Source: a virus. From it: a DNA stretch of 64,000 nt. The notes beneath the pieces are model-generated. The model saw only the letters and a program-made list of their open reading frames with translations. It did not search any database and was not told the origin of the DNA. The stretch lies in IMG/VR virus record IMGVR_UViG_3300018080_000139, positions 1-64,000 of that record. One strand, 5' to 3'. This document shows, in pieces, positions 22,901-33,200 of this stretch. How positions within the stretch are numbered: position 1 is the stretch's first letter; each line of letters starts with the position of its first letter. Position numbers and translations under genes: made by a program.

Positions 22901-25900
22901 GCCCACCCCTAAAATCGACTACACGCAAAAAATTGACATCAACAGAATGGGCATCCTGGAAAAAATCACCCTGATTGGCATTTACCACAAAGAGAACATC
23001 AAGGAGATGCAGGACACGTTTGCGCGTGATGAAAACGACTATACAACCCCCACAGAGGAGGAGTTTCAAAAGGCGGCCGCCGGTCTTCTCGGGATAACGC
23101 TCGGGGGGGAGCCCATCATCCGGCCGGAGGGGATTTTCTACACACTCACCCCGGCGGGGAAGGCGACTGTGGACCTTCTCCTCGACGTGATGGGGGTGAG
23201 GAGCCCTGATGATGCTTGGGACGTGCTGGTGGCGCAACTCAATTCCGGTCAGGGCGAATTCGATTTTGAAACGGAGGGGATGGAAGAGCCTCCTTCGAAC
23301 GAGCCCAAAGAGATTTCCTGGATGACTTTCGAGATGAAAGCCGCCCTCCTCGCCGTCGCGATCGCGCAAAAGACGAAGATGGACAAGGAAGATCCCAATG
23401 CAGCCTACAAGCTTTTGGCTTACAACGTCACCGGCGATGACCTGATGTCGGTTATCCCCCGTCTCGCCTCGGACGGACAAGTGGAACTCACCGACGAAGT
23501 AAAGTGGGTGCAGGGTCCGATGGGGAAGACATACGAGAAAGAGCCGGGGGCCCCTAAGCTTACGATTCCGGGTCGTGCGACTTTGGTCTCTCTCCTATCG
23601 TGGCACGGTGATGAGAACGCCAAGGATTGCTTCCGTCACTACACGAAGACTGGGAGCATCGTCGAGCCTCCGTCGGCGGCGGAGATGAGTGCGGCGATTG
23701 CGGCGCACTATGCGAAGAAGCCCGAGGAGCCTTCCGAGCTTTCGGCCGCTATGGACACGCTCACTGCGAAGCCCCAGGACGCGGATTTGCCGAAGGACCC
23801 GGCCCGGATGGAGGGCCCCGCCCCCTGGGAAACCCTTTCCCCTTCAGCACAATTCTTGCTCGTCGTGATGAACGAGGTGGCCCCGTCGCTCACGAGTTCT
23901 CGAGACTACGTGGACGCCTACATGAAGGTGGCCGCGCCTTATGGCTACCGTCTCGGGGACTACGAAAACGACGTGAAGACTCTCCTTCAGACTTCCGGGG
24001 GCCTTATCGGCAAATCGGACGCCGGCTATTTTCCCAAGAGCGAGGCCCGGGCCGCGGCCGCTCAGATCGTTTCCCATCACGGAGCCGGGAACGTCGAGGC
24101 GGCCTTGAAGGCCCTCGCGCCCCAGTTCAAGAAGGCTCGCAGGCAGCAGGCGTCCCCGCCGGCCGGGGCCGTCGCCGATCTCACCTGGGCCGAAAAAATC
24201 GTGGCCCTCGTCTATGGGGCCTCGGACATCTCGCGAGGAAATCGCCGGTGGGTCATAAGCGCTCGTGGGGAGCTGCAAGAATTCGAGATCGAGGATGCTG
24301 TATCTTCCCTGAAGGCAAAAAAGCTCCTCTCCGTGAAGGGGTCCCCGACAGCACGCACGAAGGAGGTTGCGACTGCTATCAGGAACGCCGTCGGAGAAAC
24401 GAATACGGAAAAGGCCGCGGACATCCTGGCGAAGGAGCGTCCGAAACCGGCGGCCCTCCCGGAAGAGCCGGCGGCCCCGGCATCCTTTCCGCCTGTGTCG
24501 GGGGAGGAACCCATGGAGTGGATAGAGTGGGTGGCTCTCGTTGCGTGCATGGCTTATCCGAAGCGCGAAAGGTTCAACGAGGTCAACCGAAGGGTGAATC
24601 CCCAAAAAGGCGGTGGGATGGACCGAAACGATCTGACGGAAGGCGAGTTGTTCCTCCTGGACCGGGGGTTTTTGATCGACGTCAAGGACTCCGATGATCC
24701 TCAGTGGCTCAACTTCGGCCGGGTGCCTAAAGGCCCCGTGACCGAGGCCGGATATGCAGCCGTGCAGAGTCTGCTGCGGAAAGCGGGGATTTCCGGGGAC
24801 AACCGGGAGGCCTACAATAAAGCTTTCGAGTACCTGAAGAAGTACAAGCCGAATCCTCCCGGAGAGATCGGCGCACGGGAGGCGGCTTTCTTGTCGCTGG
24901 TTTCCTCTTTTCCCAGGGAAGCCCGGGCCGTGCTGATGTTTTACTTGTTGTGGCATAACGAGCATCCGAATTCCAGCGCCAAGCGTCCGGAGATCGCACG
25001 CGAGAGGTTCGGAATTCCCGAGAAGGTTTTCCAGGCACAAGCCTTGTTCCTTGAAGAAAAAGGGCTCCTCGAGGCGAACCGTAGCTATATCTCCAACGAC
25101 GGAAGGAGCGCCGCGTGGGCAATCCAGAATTCTCTGCAGGTGGGCTCCCCCGCCTGGGCTCTCGAGGCCTTGGGCTACCCTGAGAGACCCCTTCCCGCGC
25201 ACACTCCTCCCTCGTGGGCGGGCGGGGTGAACGATCTCCCGTGGGATGCCGTGGCTTTCCTGGCCACCATGTACTTCTCGCCACAGGCTCGAAGCGAGGG
25301 CAAATCTAAGCAATCCAACGTCTTGAACACGAATACCGGCTTGCGTACTACCTACTATTACAGTGACAGCAGTTCCGTTTTTCAGCTCGGCCTGGTAGAG
25401 GAAGGTAAAGGTCCGGAAGGCGAAACCTCCTGGAAGCTCACCGACAAGGGGACGAAAATGATGAACGCCGTCGGCCGGGTCTTCGTTCAAATCCATGGGG
25501 TACGGGACGACGGTCGGGATCTGCTCGAAGTCCTCCGCGAGTTTTTCCCGGGACGCGGAAAAGACCTGCCGGACAGGTGGGGCGAGGAGAAGCCGACGCG
25601 CCCAATCACGATGCCTCTCCCGAAGCTCGGAGAGGAACCGGCGGAGGGGAAAGAGCCGTCCGTTGGGCGTTTGAATGTCGAAGAGTTTTCGGCACCAACT
25701 AAGCTGTTTCTGGTGTGGATGGGGCTCGCGGAGAAGAGAAGCCCTCGCGAATCAGCTTTACGGCAAGCGAGATCTGCCGCTATGACCTACGGACTTAAGG
25801 ATAGAGAAATCGCGGAAAATGAGATCGTCCGCTTGGGCCTTTACGAGCCTGCGACGCAGAAACTTAGCCACAAGGGAGTCAAGGCCTTAGATGCTCTTCT

Positions 25901-27230
25901 TCAGTCTTTAAGCGCTGATTTGAGGGGGGCGGAGTCTATTCTATCCAGAGAAGTTCCACGAGGGATTCCGGTTGGGGACCAGTTTCAGCCAGACTTGATC
26001 GTTACTCGTCAGCACTTGATTACACTTGCCTCTTGTATGTTATATCCGGACAGCGAGAGGGAAAGACGAGTATTGGCGTATACGAAGCAGCATGGAGACG
26101 ACTACGACCAACGAGAATACCGGGAGACGCTGCAGGAATTAGAAGATGACCGCCTTTTGGACTTGTCTCATCGTGGACGCGGTGTTATTCCGCAAGGCCC
26201 AGTAACCGAAAAGGGCTATGCGTCACTTCTTAAAGCCTACAAGAATGCAGGAGTTTCGGAGGGAGACAGCGCAGGACTCTTAGCCTCTCTCGTCTCCCCC
26301 CCGGCCCCGGCTCCAACGCCGGCCGCGGGAAATGCCGAGAAAATCATGAACAAGGCGAGTACGGCCGAAAAATCTTTGGTGATCGCATACGGCACGACGG
26401 ACCCGAAATACTACTATGCCATTCCGGACCGCCTCACGGGTCTCCGACATTCTCCGGGCGAGCTGAAGAGGGCGGCGAACTCCCTCGTTCAGAAGGGGAT
26501 TTTCGAGCCGACGGGGCCCGCCGCGATCTTGCCGAATTTCAAACTGACGCAAACCGGGCGCGCCGCCGCCGACTACTTGAGGAGGCTCCTTTCGGCAAAG
26601 GAAGGGGCTAACATGCATTTGCAGAAGCTCCGTCCGACTCACGCAGTGAAAGTCAGGTTCGAAGGGCTTTCGCCAGAGGCGAAAATAGTGGCCTTTGCTG
26701 TGTGGGAGCAAGCCAAGAAGTACAAAGAGCGCTCTCGCTCTATGGGACTTAGTAACAAAGAGATAAAGGCGGCCGTCGAAGAGCTGCAAAATGCCGAGTA
26801 TTTGACGTCGAAGGAGGAACCGACTGGAGACATGTCGACCGCGCAAATACTGGATGCTATGCTGTACCTGAACGCAAAGCCCGGAAGTTACGGGGCGTAC
26901 AACGACGCTTTGGTTACGCTCCGTAACCAAAGAGCCGACCTGGCGAGGGAGAAGCCGCCGAAAGCGCCGGTCTCCTCACCTCCAGCGGAGCCGTCACCCC
27001 CGCCTGTCGAGACCATGACCGACCGCGCCGGGCAAACCTACTCCGTTTCAGACCTCGACCGGATTATCCCCGGAATCGCGAAAGACAAGGGAGCGCTGTC
27101 CATGGTGCAGGAGGCCTTCCGGGCCGGACAGATCGAAGACCAGGACCACTTGCGATTCCTGGCCGACGTTGTGAAAAATTACATGGAACTTCCTGAGAGC
27201 GTGAGGAGGACGACCGGATGGCTGATCTGA
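19962..27230 (+). CDS. giant protein A (2422 aa): array of about 18 divergent winged-helix-like repeats
   Basis: recurring L(S/T)W.EK..(L/V)...(Y/F)..A...L..KGL(I/V)...(L/I)T..G pattern separated by Pro/Ala linkers. Confidence 0.85.
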   Translation: MEDIHGLLREFYESELLLESKQHPIVRDVQLKEISWFDLAFTVFTTFAPTRDMARKDAREMGLYGASLARAWKAAAKLKDPVVREMTPPPSDVTKGGEINQDRMEAIVKRLKVPMKKIYRGKKGFEELLPIVSALKPTAVQMWAKPFKLLPKNAWPETADADMTTDLLKDLGWAEKIRLLATAAWTVRSREMNALRFGGIDLETYNNAAPALQKAGLLSKAATPTITKSGRAAADALVAQLKARTYSNAVEQLAGDAPSISPTAAHAYADEKPKAASMPWGEQVAIVSLWEIQGRNKPDRERKQDAEDFAASEVHITADSFHSAWDSLVAKGLIDEKANRLTPEGGKRHSGIFLHLGAGATKLAMIKLLNRAPAAEMKASRDLMVQGAINHLGWTGQAVVVAIDMLGGGRFQPHQIASLAYDQCGITQAEWDEGYSKAATAGGIIKSPTGLTDFGRLVSSAVQEDLGAKGSRVWAALRRAKPESYKPVAGPASASSAPKRFDELSWSEVALLIGYWNVGNHKTFDSDGQMKNKLLLYSGLDPGDYIWAHEALRQKGLVSLLGGSKTVEGAEIASQVFAFLSEKYGTSALNSFMDQMNTLVVEKPKDVRAKLSTTNKMKPKVNKPLAAAPKAGPASVKDAGLTWQEKNTLLVFYLYRGEASTKEKRDKAQKYANVGTDEYELALAKLQRLKFLSKRFAITKAGAAVAQSILKERGFEEKAHATTVNTQKVFSAVAEAGGYVSPAREREIQNQAAVDKTPSRAEDTKGAGGDLLEVEKLVMMLVAFTNPGEHDYIKSMLAKDLGRPAGEFDAAVLKLRKEGYIQPYRDAELKESGEWEPTTRGFAARDNIEDLLRAVDDTDVVEILTRNLKTKARAADVRKGVLKINSAEDLRDPEKAAIIAIEIGRNSSYQHHASRIYNDMTSWNFRDALPNLEAAFLVEEDENGKLGLTGKGGKIADEITHNRSLWDAFREYIRSGAKERPTPKIDYTQKIDINRMGILEKITLIGIYHKENIKEMQDTFARDENDYTTPTEEEFQKAAAGLLGITLGGEPIIRPEGIFYTLTPAGKATVDLLLDVMGVRSPDDAWDVLVAQLNSGQGEFDFETEGMEEPPSNEPKEISWMTFEMKAALLAVAIAQKTKMDKEDPNAAYKLLAYNVTGDDLMSVIPRLASDGQVELTDEVKWVQGPMGKTYEKEPGAPKLTIPGRATLVSLLSWHGDENAKDCFRHYTKTGSIVEPPSAAEMSAAIAAHYAKKPEEPSELSAAMDTLTAKPQDADLPKDPARMEGPAPWETLSPSAQFLLVVMNEVAPSLTSSRDYVDAYMKVAAPYGYRLGDYENDVKTLLQTSGGLIGKSDAGYFPKSEARAAAAQIVSHHGAGNVEAALKALAPQFKKARRQQASPPAGAVADLTWAEKIVALVYGASDISRGNRRWVISARGELQEFEIEDAVSSLKAKKLLSVKGSPTARTKEVATAIRNAVGETNTEKAADILAKERPKPAALPEEPAAPASFPPVSGEEPMEWIEWVALVACMAYPKRERFNEVNRRVNPQKGGGMDRNDLTEGELFLLDRGFLIDVKDSDDPQWLNFGRVPKGPVTEAGYAAVQSLLRKAGISGDNREAYNKAFEYLKKYKPNPPGEIGAREAAFLSLVSSFPREARAVLMFYLLWHNEHPNSSAKRPEIARERFGIPEKVFQAQALFLEEKGLLEANRSYISNDGRSAAWAIQNSLQVGSPAWALEALGYPERPLPAHTPPSWAGGVNDLPWDAVAFLATMYFSPQARSEGKSKQSNVLNTNTGLRTTYYYSDSSSVFQLGLVEEGKGPEGETSWKLTDKGTKMMNAVGRVFVQIHGVRDDGRDLLEVLREFFPGRGKDLPDRWGEEKPTRPITMPLPKLGEEPAEGKEPSVGRLNVEEFSAPTKLFLVWMGLAEKRSPRESALRQARSAAMTYGLKDREIAENEIVRLGLYEPATQKLSHKGVKALDALLQSLSADLRGAESILSREVPRGIPVGDQFQPDLIVTRQHLITLASCMLYPDSERERRVLAYTKQHGDDYDQREYRETLQELEDDRLLDLSHRGRGVIPQGPVTEKGYASLLKAYKNAGVSEGDSAGLLASLVSPPAPAPTPAAGNAEKIMNKASTAEKSLVIAYGTTDPKYYYAIPDRLTGLRHSPGELKRAANSLVQKGIFEPTGPAAILPNFKLTQTGRAAADYLRRLLSAKEGANMHLQKLRPTHAVKVRFEGLSPEAKIVAFAVWEQAKKYKERSRSMGLSNKEIKAAVEELQNAEYLTSKEEPTGDMSTAQILDAMLYLNAKPGSYGAYNDALVTLRNQRADLAREKPPKAPVSSPPAEPSPPPVETMTDRAGQTYSVSDLDRIIPGIAKDKGALSMVQEAFRAGQIEDQDHLRFLADVVKNYMELPESVRRTTGWLI

Positions 27231-30200
27231 AAAAGGCCTTGGAATTTGCCTTGCAGTTCAAAAGCGTGGAGGCTGCCGCCGACCATGCCGCCAAGATTCG
27301 CGAGGGTGGGGACGAAAAGAAGCTCAAAGGCGCGAAATACCAGGCAATAGTGAAGAGCATCGAGAAGGGGGGCACGAAGGCGGAAGCGGTTTTTGCGATG
27401 CGTAAGCTCGGGCCCAAGGACTTTGCTGTTCTCGCCGTGGACTTTCATGGAATGCCGCTGACGACTCTTCGAGGTGTCGTCTCCAATCCCGAACAGTATG
27501 CCGTGCGCGCGAAAATGGAGAAGTTGAAACTGTACGAGCCCGGCCGGACGGGTGTCGTCTCCGACTTCGGGGCCCAGGTCCTGAACCTCGCGTATCCCAA
27601 CAGGACGTACAAAAATGAAAAGGCCCGGATGAAGGCCATAATGGATGATGTCTACAAGGAAGCCGACGCGAAGGCCTCAACGCCGACCGAACCCCAGCCC
27701 GACCCCAAGAAAGCCCTCCCGGTCGTCCCGGTCAAAGCCAAATACAAAATAGCGCTCGAGCGTCTGACGCCCGAGGAAAAAATCGTCCTCGTTTCGATGT
27801 CGGCCTACCCCATCGGCACGAAGCCGAAAGGCTTCCCCGGGGAATCCGTCCGGACTAAAGACCAGGCCGCTCTCGCGCAACGGTACACAAAGCTCACCCC
27901 CATCGAGTTCGTGCGGATCCAGCGGGAACTCTTCCGCGGGAAGAAGCGGGAGGGGCAGCCGGTAATCCCCCCCGTCACGTTGGGGGGCCAGAGGATTTTC
28001 CAGCAGGACTTCGCCACGAAAGACTACATCCTTTCAGACCCCGGAAAGAGCGTGGCGGACTCGATCAGAAACGCGCTCAACCAGCGGACGCACATCAAGA
28101 CGCTTCAGGCCCTGAAGAAGGAGCGTGACGCCGTGCAGGCCGCCGGCGGCCCGGAGCTTTTCGCGAAGGGGGTGAAAGCGCAGACGATAAAACCGCCGAT
28201 GGGGAGGCCTGCAGCGGCCCCGCCTCGCGTTACGATCGCCGACCTGCAAAAGCTGATGGATGACTTCCGGGAAGTCTTCGACAAGGAAATCCTTGCCGTA
28301 AATCGTTATGAGGTTTGGGAGACACCGAGAACGAAGAAAGCTTATGAGACTTTGCGCGATGATGTCATTCCGCGGCTTGTCGCCTATTGGAATTCGATGC
28401 CGAAGGGTGAGTTGGCAAAGGAATATGACAAGCACATAGAGGCTTTGCAAGACAAGTCGATGGAGCGCATGGTGATTACGGCGACACAGACACGCGCTCA
28501 GTTTCTCCTTCCCCTGCAGCACTTGGCAGCCATCAATCGTTTGGGGGAGATCGACAGAGAAGAATGGAAAAACGACAAGGCCGCTCGCCTCGATTTCAAT
28601 TCACTTGTCCTCGATGAAAAGGCAATGGTTGTTGCCCTTGCCGTCCACATTTACGACCCCAAGGAAATAGAGATTTACACTGGGTTCAATGGCAGAGAGC
28701 AGGAAGATGCTCTGAAAAGCCTGAAGGATAAGAACATCGTGGTCCTTCCCCGCATGAAGGGGAACGACTTCACGCGGCCCGAGGAGTTTCGGGCTCAAAT
28801 AGACGAGCTTGTGAGGGAGGACTATCAGCATGGGGTCGCGAAGGGTGCCTTGATGCGGTTCGCAAAAAAGACTCATTTCCCTGCGCTCTACAAACCGCAC
28901 CAGGCTGCGTACATAGTCTTGCTTTGGAAAGCTCAAAAAAGTTATGGTGACGTCACCAATGAGGAGTTTTATAAAGTAGCGAAAGAGAATGGCTATGGGC
29001 GCATGGGAGTTATGTACGCGGAAGACGCGCGCCGCTGGGCGAAAAAAGAGGGGTTGATTGAGACTGGACGCTACGACGTAGGAAAACTAACGCCTTATGG
29101 GGAGGCGTTTTTCGATTACCTATACTCGATTGTCTATCGCGGAAAGACCGTACCGGAAATGCTGAAGGCCTTGCAGCCTAAAGTAGAGGTAGACAAAATC
29201 AAAGTCGATCTCGGCGCCGGCCCCCTCACCCTAGCAACATCACAAACTAAGGCCATGACCGCCGACGACACCGGCCTGTCTTGGGAAGAAGAGATGGTGG
29301 CTTTGAGCTATCTCGCCAACGTCAAAAAGTGGGGGGGCCACCCTGACTATCGGAGGTTTATGACCACCGTCGTTCTGAGGCTCATGTCCTCCGACGAGTT
29401 CGATCGGGGCCGGGAAGGCCTGCAGAAGAAAGGCCTGGTGGGGAAGAGAGATCAAGTCACGGCCAAAACCCGGGCGCTCGGAGAACTCATCAAGAAACGT
29501 CTCGGAATGCCGGAAGGAACCGTCCAGGGGGCGCGCGACGCCCTCGCGAAAAAGCGCCCCGGCGGACCGCTCAACATCCAAAACCAGGCCACGGATTCCG
29601 CGGAATCCCCGGTGGCGTCCGCCATCGGCTCGCTCATGCAGTCCCCCCAAGCGCAAGGCGAGGACATGATCCCGGGCTCTCTCCGGGTCCCCCTCTCCGC
29701 GCGCAACAAGCTTCGCGGCGCGTACACCATGAACGACGCCGAGCTGAGCCGCCTGGTTGACGACTTTATAGCGGGGAAACAATACCTCGCACTGGTTCAC
29801 CTGTCCTCGATCCTTCCTCAGAATCCGAACATCTCGCCGCGGACGCACGACGGCCTGAGAATGATGCTGAAAGACCAGGGATATGATGCCTTCGCAGGGT
29901 TCGAGGAGGCCATGGATTATGGGCTCGCCGACGAAGTGCTGCAGATAATCGGGACGGCGACGCACCCCGGGAAAGTCGTTCCGTTCGCGAAGCTCCTCCC
30001 GAGGATTCGCAAGATCGTCACCGATGACGGCAAGTGGGAAAATCGGTATGCGGCAATCCGGATCCTCAACGTCGGTCGGGACACGTCCGACGAGGCCATG
30101 GCGCAACTCGAGAAGGCCCTCGAGGACCAGGACGAGCGTGTTCGCGGAATTGCCAAAAAGACCTTGGAGAAGCTCGGGAAGTCCTCGGGCGTCCTGACCG

Positions 30201-33200
30201 CCGTGGACAAGAGAACGGCGACGGAGCCCGGGCCCGAGGAAAAGGAGCCTCCTCGCCGGCCGGACCTGAAAGACCTATCGTGGGGTGAGCTGGTGGCTCT
30301 CGGCGTGTGGTCCTATCACCCCAACGTCGACCGGGGAATGATAGGCGATCGGCTTGCCAAGTACAAGGTCGAGGCGCCGGCGACCATCCTGGCAAATCTC
30401 GAGAAAAGACCCGGAATGATTACGACGGAGGTGCCAGGCGAAGAGGACCTGGAAGGTTTCGAAACCGTCGTCCCCCTCCCCTCGGACGAAGGGATCGTGC
30501 TGTGGGCCCTGACCGACCTCGGCCGTAGTGTGGGGGAAGACGTCCGGCGCCTGGTCGGCAACCCTGCAGAGGCTTTGAAATTCCGACAAAAAATGCAAGA
30601 ATTTATCCCGGACCGGGAGTCGGCCACGTCGAAGCCGAAGCCCGCCATATTTGCCGGGCGAGAGGAGAAGCGGGAAGCCTCGGGCCTGTGGCACGAGGGG
30701 GAAAACCGGGCCGCGGACGCGCTGGTGCTTCTCCCACTCAAGGGGATTCCCTACATACTCCTCATTCAGCGAAGAGATGGGACCTATGCTCTTCCCGGCG
30801 GATTCGTCGAAGGGAACAAGCCGGGGGCGGCCGCGGCCGCCGACGCCTCGCGTGAGGAGGTGGAGCAGGAGACCGGGCTCTCGCTTCCACCGAAGGCCCG
30901 TGAAATCGGCTACTACTCCGACAAGGGGAGAGACCCCAGGTCTACGGGTGACAGGTGGGTGTCCACTCGCGTATTTGCGTACCACATGCCGGACGCTTCG
31001 AATCTGCCTCCAGTAACGCACGAAGGCGACCCGGACGGCGGGGCCCGGCACGCGCTGTGGGTGACGATTCCTGAAACTCGAAGACTCAATTTTTACGCCG
31101 ATCACGCGAAGATCCTTAAAAAGTATCTCGAAGACGAACTACGAAACATGGCGGCTGAAGGCCTGCTCCTCCACGACGTCGTGGATGAGGTCCTGTCCGG
31201 CGTGAAATCTCGCGGGAAAATCCCCGAGATGAAACTCGACCTGTCCCGGCTGGCCTGGACGGAGAAGGTAGCCCTTCTCGCACAAAACGCCTGGTGGACG
31301 TCGATTGACGAGGTGGCCGGCGGGATGAGCCATGCCGTGGACGCTACTGGGATCGGAGAAGACGAGTACGAGGACGCTCTTGGCGCCTTGATGCAAGTAC
31401 AGATGGGCGGTGAATACATCATGAAGCCCGTCGGAAGAGTCACGTCAACAGGCGTGAAGGTTGTCGATGCTTTGCTGGCCGAGCTGCAAGCAAAGTCCGT
31501 GCCGGAGGCTTTGAGAAAGCTCAAGGCCTCCCGGCCATCCACGCCTGATGCGAAGGCCGATGAGGCGGACCTATTCGCCGGAGAAGGTCGGGACATTGGC
31601 CAAAAACTGAGAATTTCGATTCGACGACCTGACCAGGAACTGACCAACGAGGAGCTGACCGCGCGCATCAAGCACGACGTGGGCCCGTCCAAGCGTCAGG
31701 AATCTTGGAGCTTCTTCGTTCAGCGTCGCAGTCTGAAGCCGGGGATTGACGCCAAGGAATATTGGGCTATCTGGGACAAGGTCCGGCCGAACCCACACGA
31801 ACGAGAAATTGAAGTCACGTTCGAGCCCACGCACAAAGAGACGCTCACCGGGGCCGAAGTGATGGTCATTCGGGATAAAGAGAGTCGCGGCGGTTATCTG
31901 GCCATTTTCGCGTCCGGGGCAACCTCACAGATCACGCGGCACACACCCAAACAAAATTTCGTTTCCCTGAAAGACGGAACCCCGTTCAACTGGGGTTTCC
32001 CGCCGGAGGAAAAGAAGGCTCCGGCGTCGAAGGTTGTCTTGACTCCGGAGGGCAAAAGCCTGTCAGGGGAAGTCCAGGACTTTCTTCAGAAAATCGACGA
32101 AAAGCAGAAAGTAGCTCTCTTGGTCGCCGCAATCCCAGAAATTTGGAGTAAAGCGAACGCTCGGGACTACAAAGAGGCAGTTTATCTCGAGGCTACCGGG
32201 GGAGACGATGAGGACTACTGGAGGCAGATAAGCAGGCTCGAGGAGCTGGGGGGGACCGATTCGCATGGCGTGGTGACGGAATTCGGGGCCGAGGTGGTCA
32301 AAGGCATCACCGGCGGGAGGAGCCCGATTGAATTTCTACATTACAACAAGGGGGTAACGTGGCGGGTGTCTCACTATTTCTACGGCGAGACCTTGCCTCC
32401 CCGGCTGGGCCCTGCGATTTTGGCGATCCTGCTTTCTCGCAGCAGTCCGCGCGACGAGTTCCAAAAAATGAAGTGGAGCATCGAGTGGGTGGAGTACGGG
32501 AACAAGTACTTGCGTGAGCAAAACCTCCTGGACTCCTCCAACAAATTGACTAAAGAGGGGATGTTTACGGCCTACGAGATTTTCGCCTCCGCGGGGACCA
32601 GCAAACTTTCGGAAATTCTTGCGAGGCTCGACCGGCAACTGCGTTTGGACTCAAAGCCAGGGCACGATTACGCCGTCGAAGTGGCGGCCCCTCCGGGGTC
32701 TTTCGAGATGGGCATGGGAAAAATGAAGCTTCGTAAGGGTTTCTCTTCCCCCGTTTCCGTAATGCGAAAAAAAGAAGGGGAACTCCCCTTGCCGAAGGAA
32801 CTGGAAGGGTTCAAGTTGTCCGGCAAGCTTGCAAGCGTGCCAAAGCTTGTGGCTCAGATGTTCCGAATAAAGAGACCACTCAAGAAACGGAAAGAGATCT
32901 ATGAGAAGCTGCATGTAATCTTGCGTGAGGAACTGGAAGACCGGCTCAACGACGCCGGTGTGCATTCGGCCTATTACGCCGGCGGGAAGATGTCCGATTA
33001 CCGGGGTGGGGTTTACAGTGGGCTCCTCCGCGTCCTGACTCGTAAGGATGCGCTGGGAAAGCCGGAGACCGAAAAAGATATATTGATGAATGCGCGTTCC
33101 GTGCTGTGGAGTGCGGAAAAGGCCCAAGCCATGGTGGACGATCTTATCGCAAAGTACGGCAAGAAACAAAAGGAAGGCCTGGAGAGCATTTTGCCGCACG

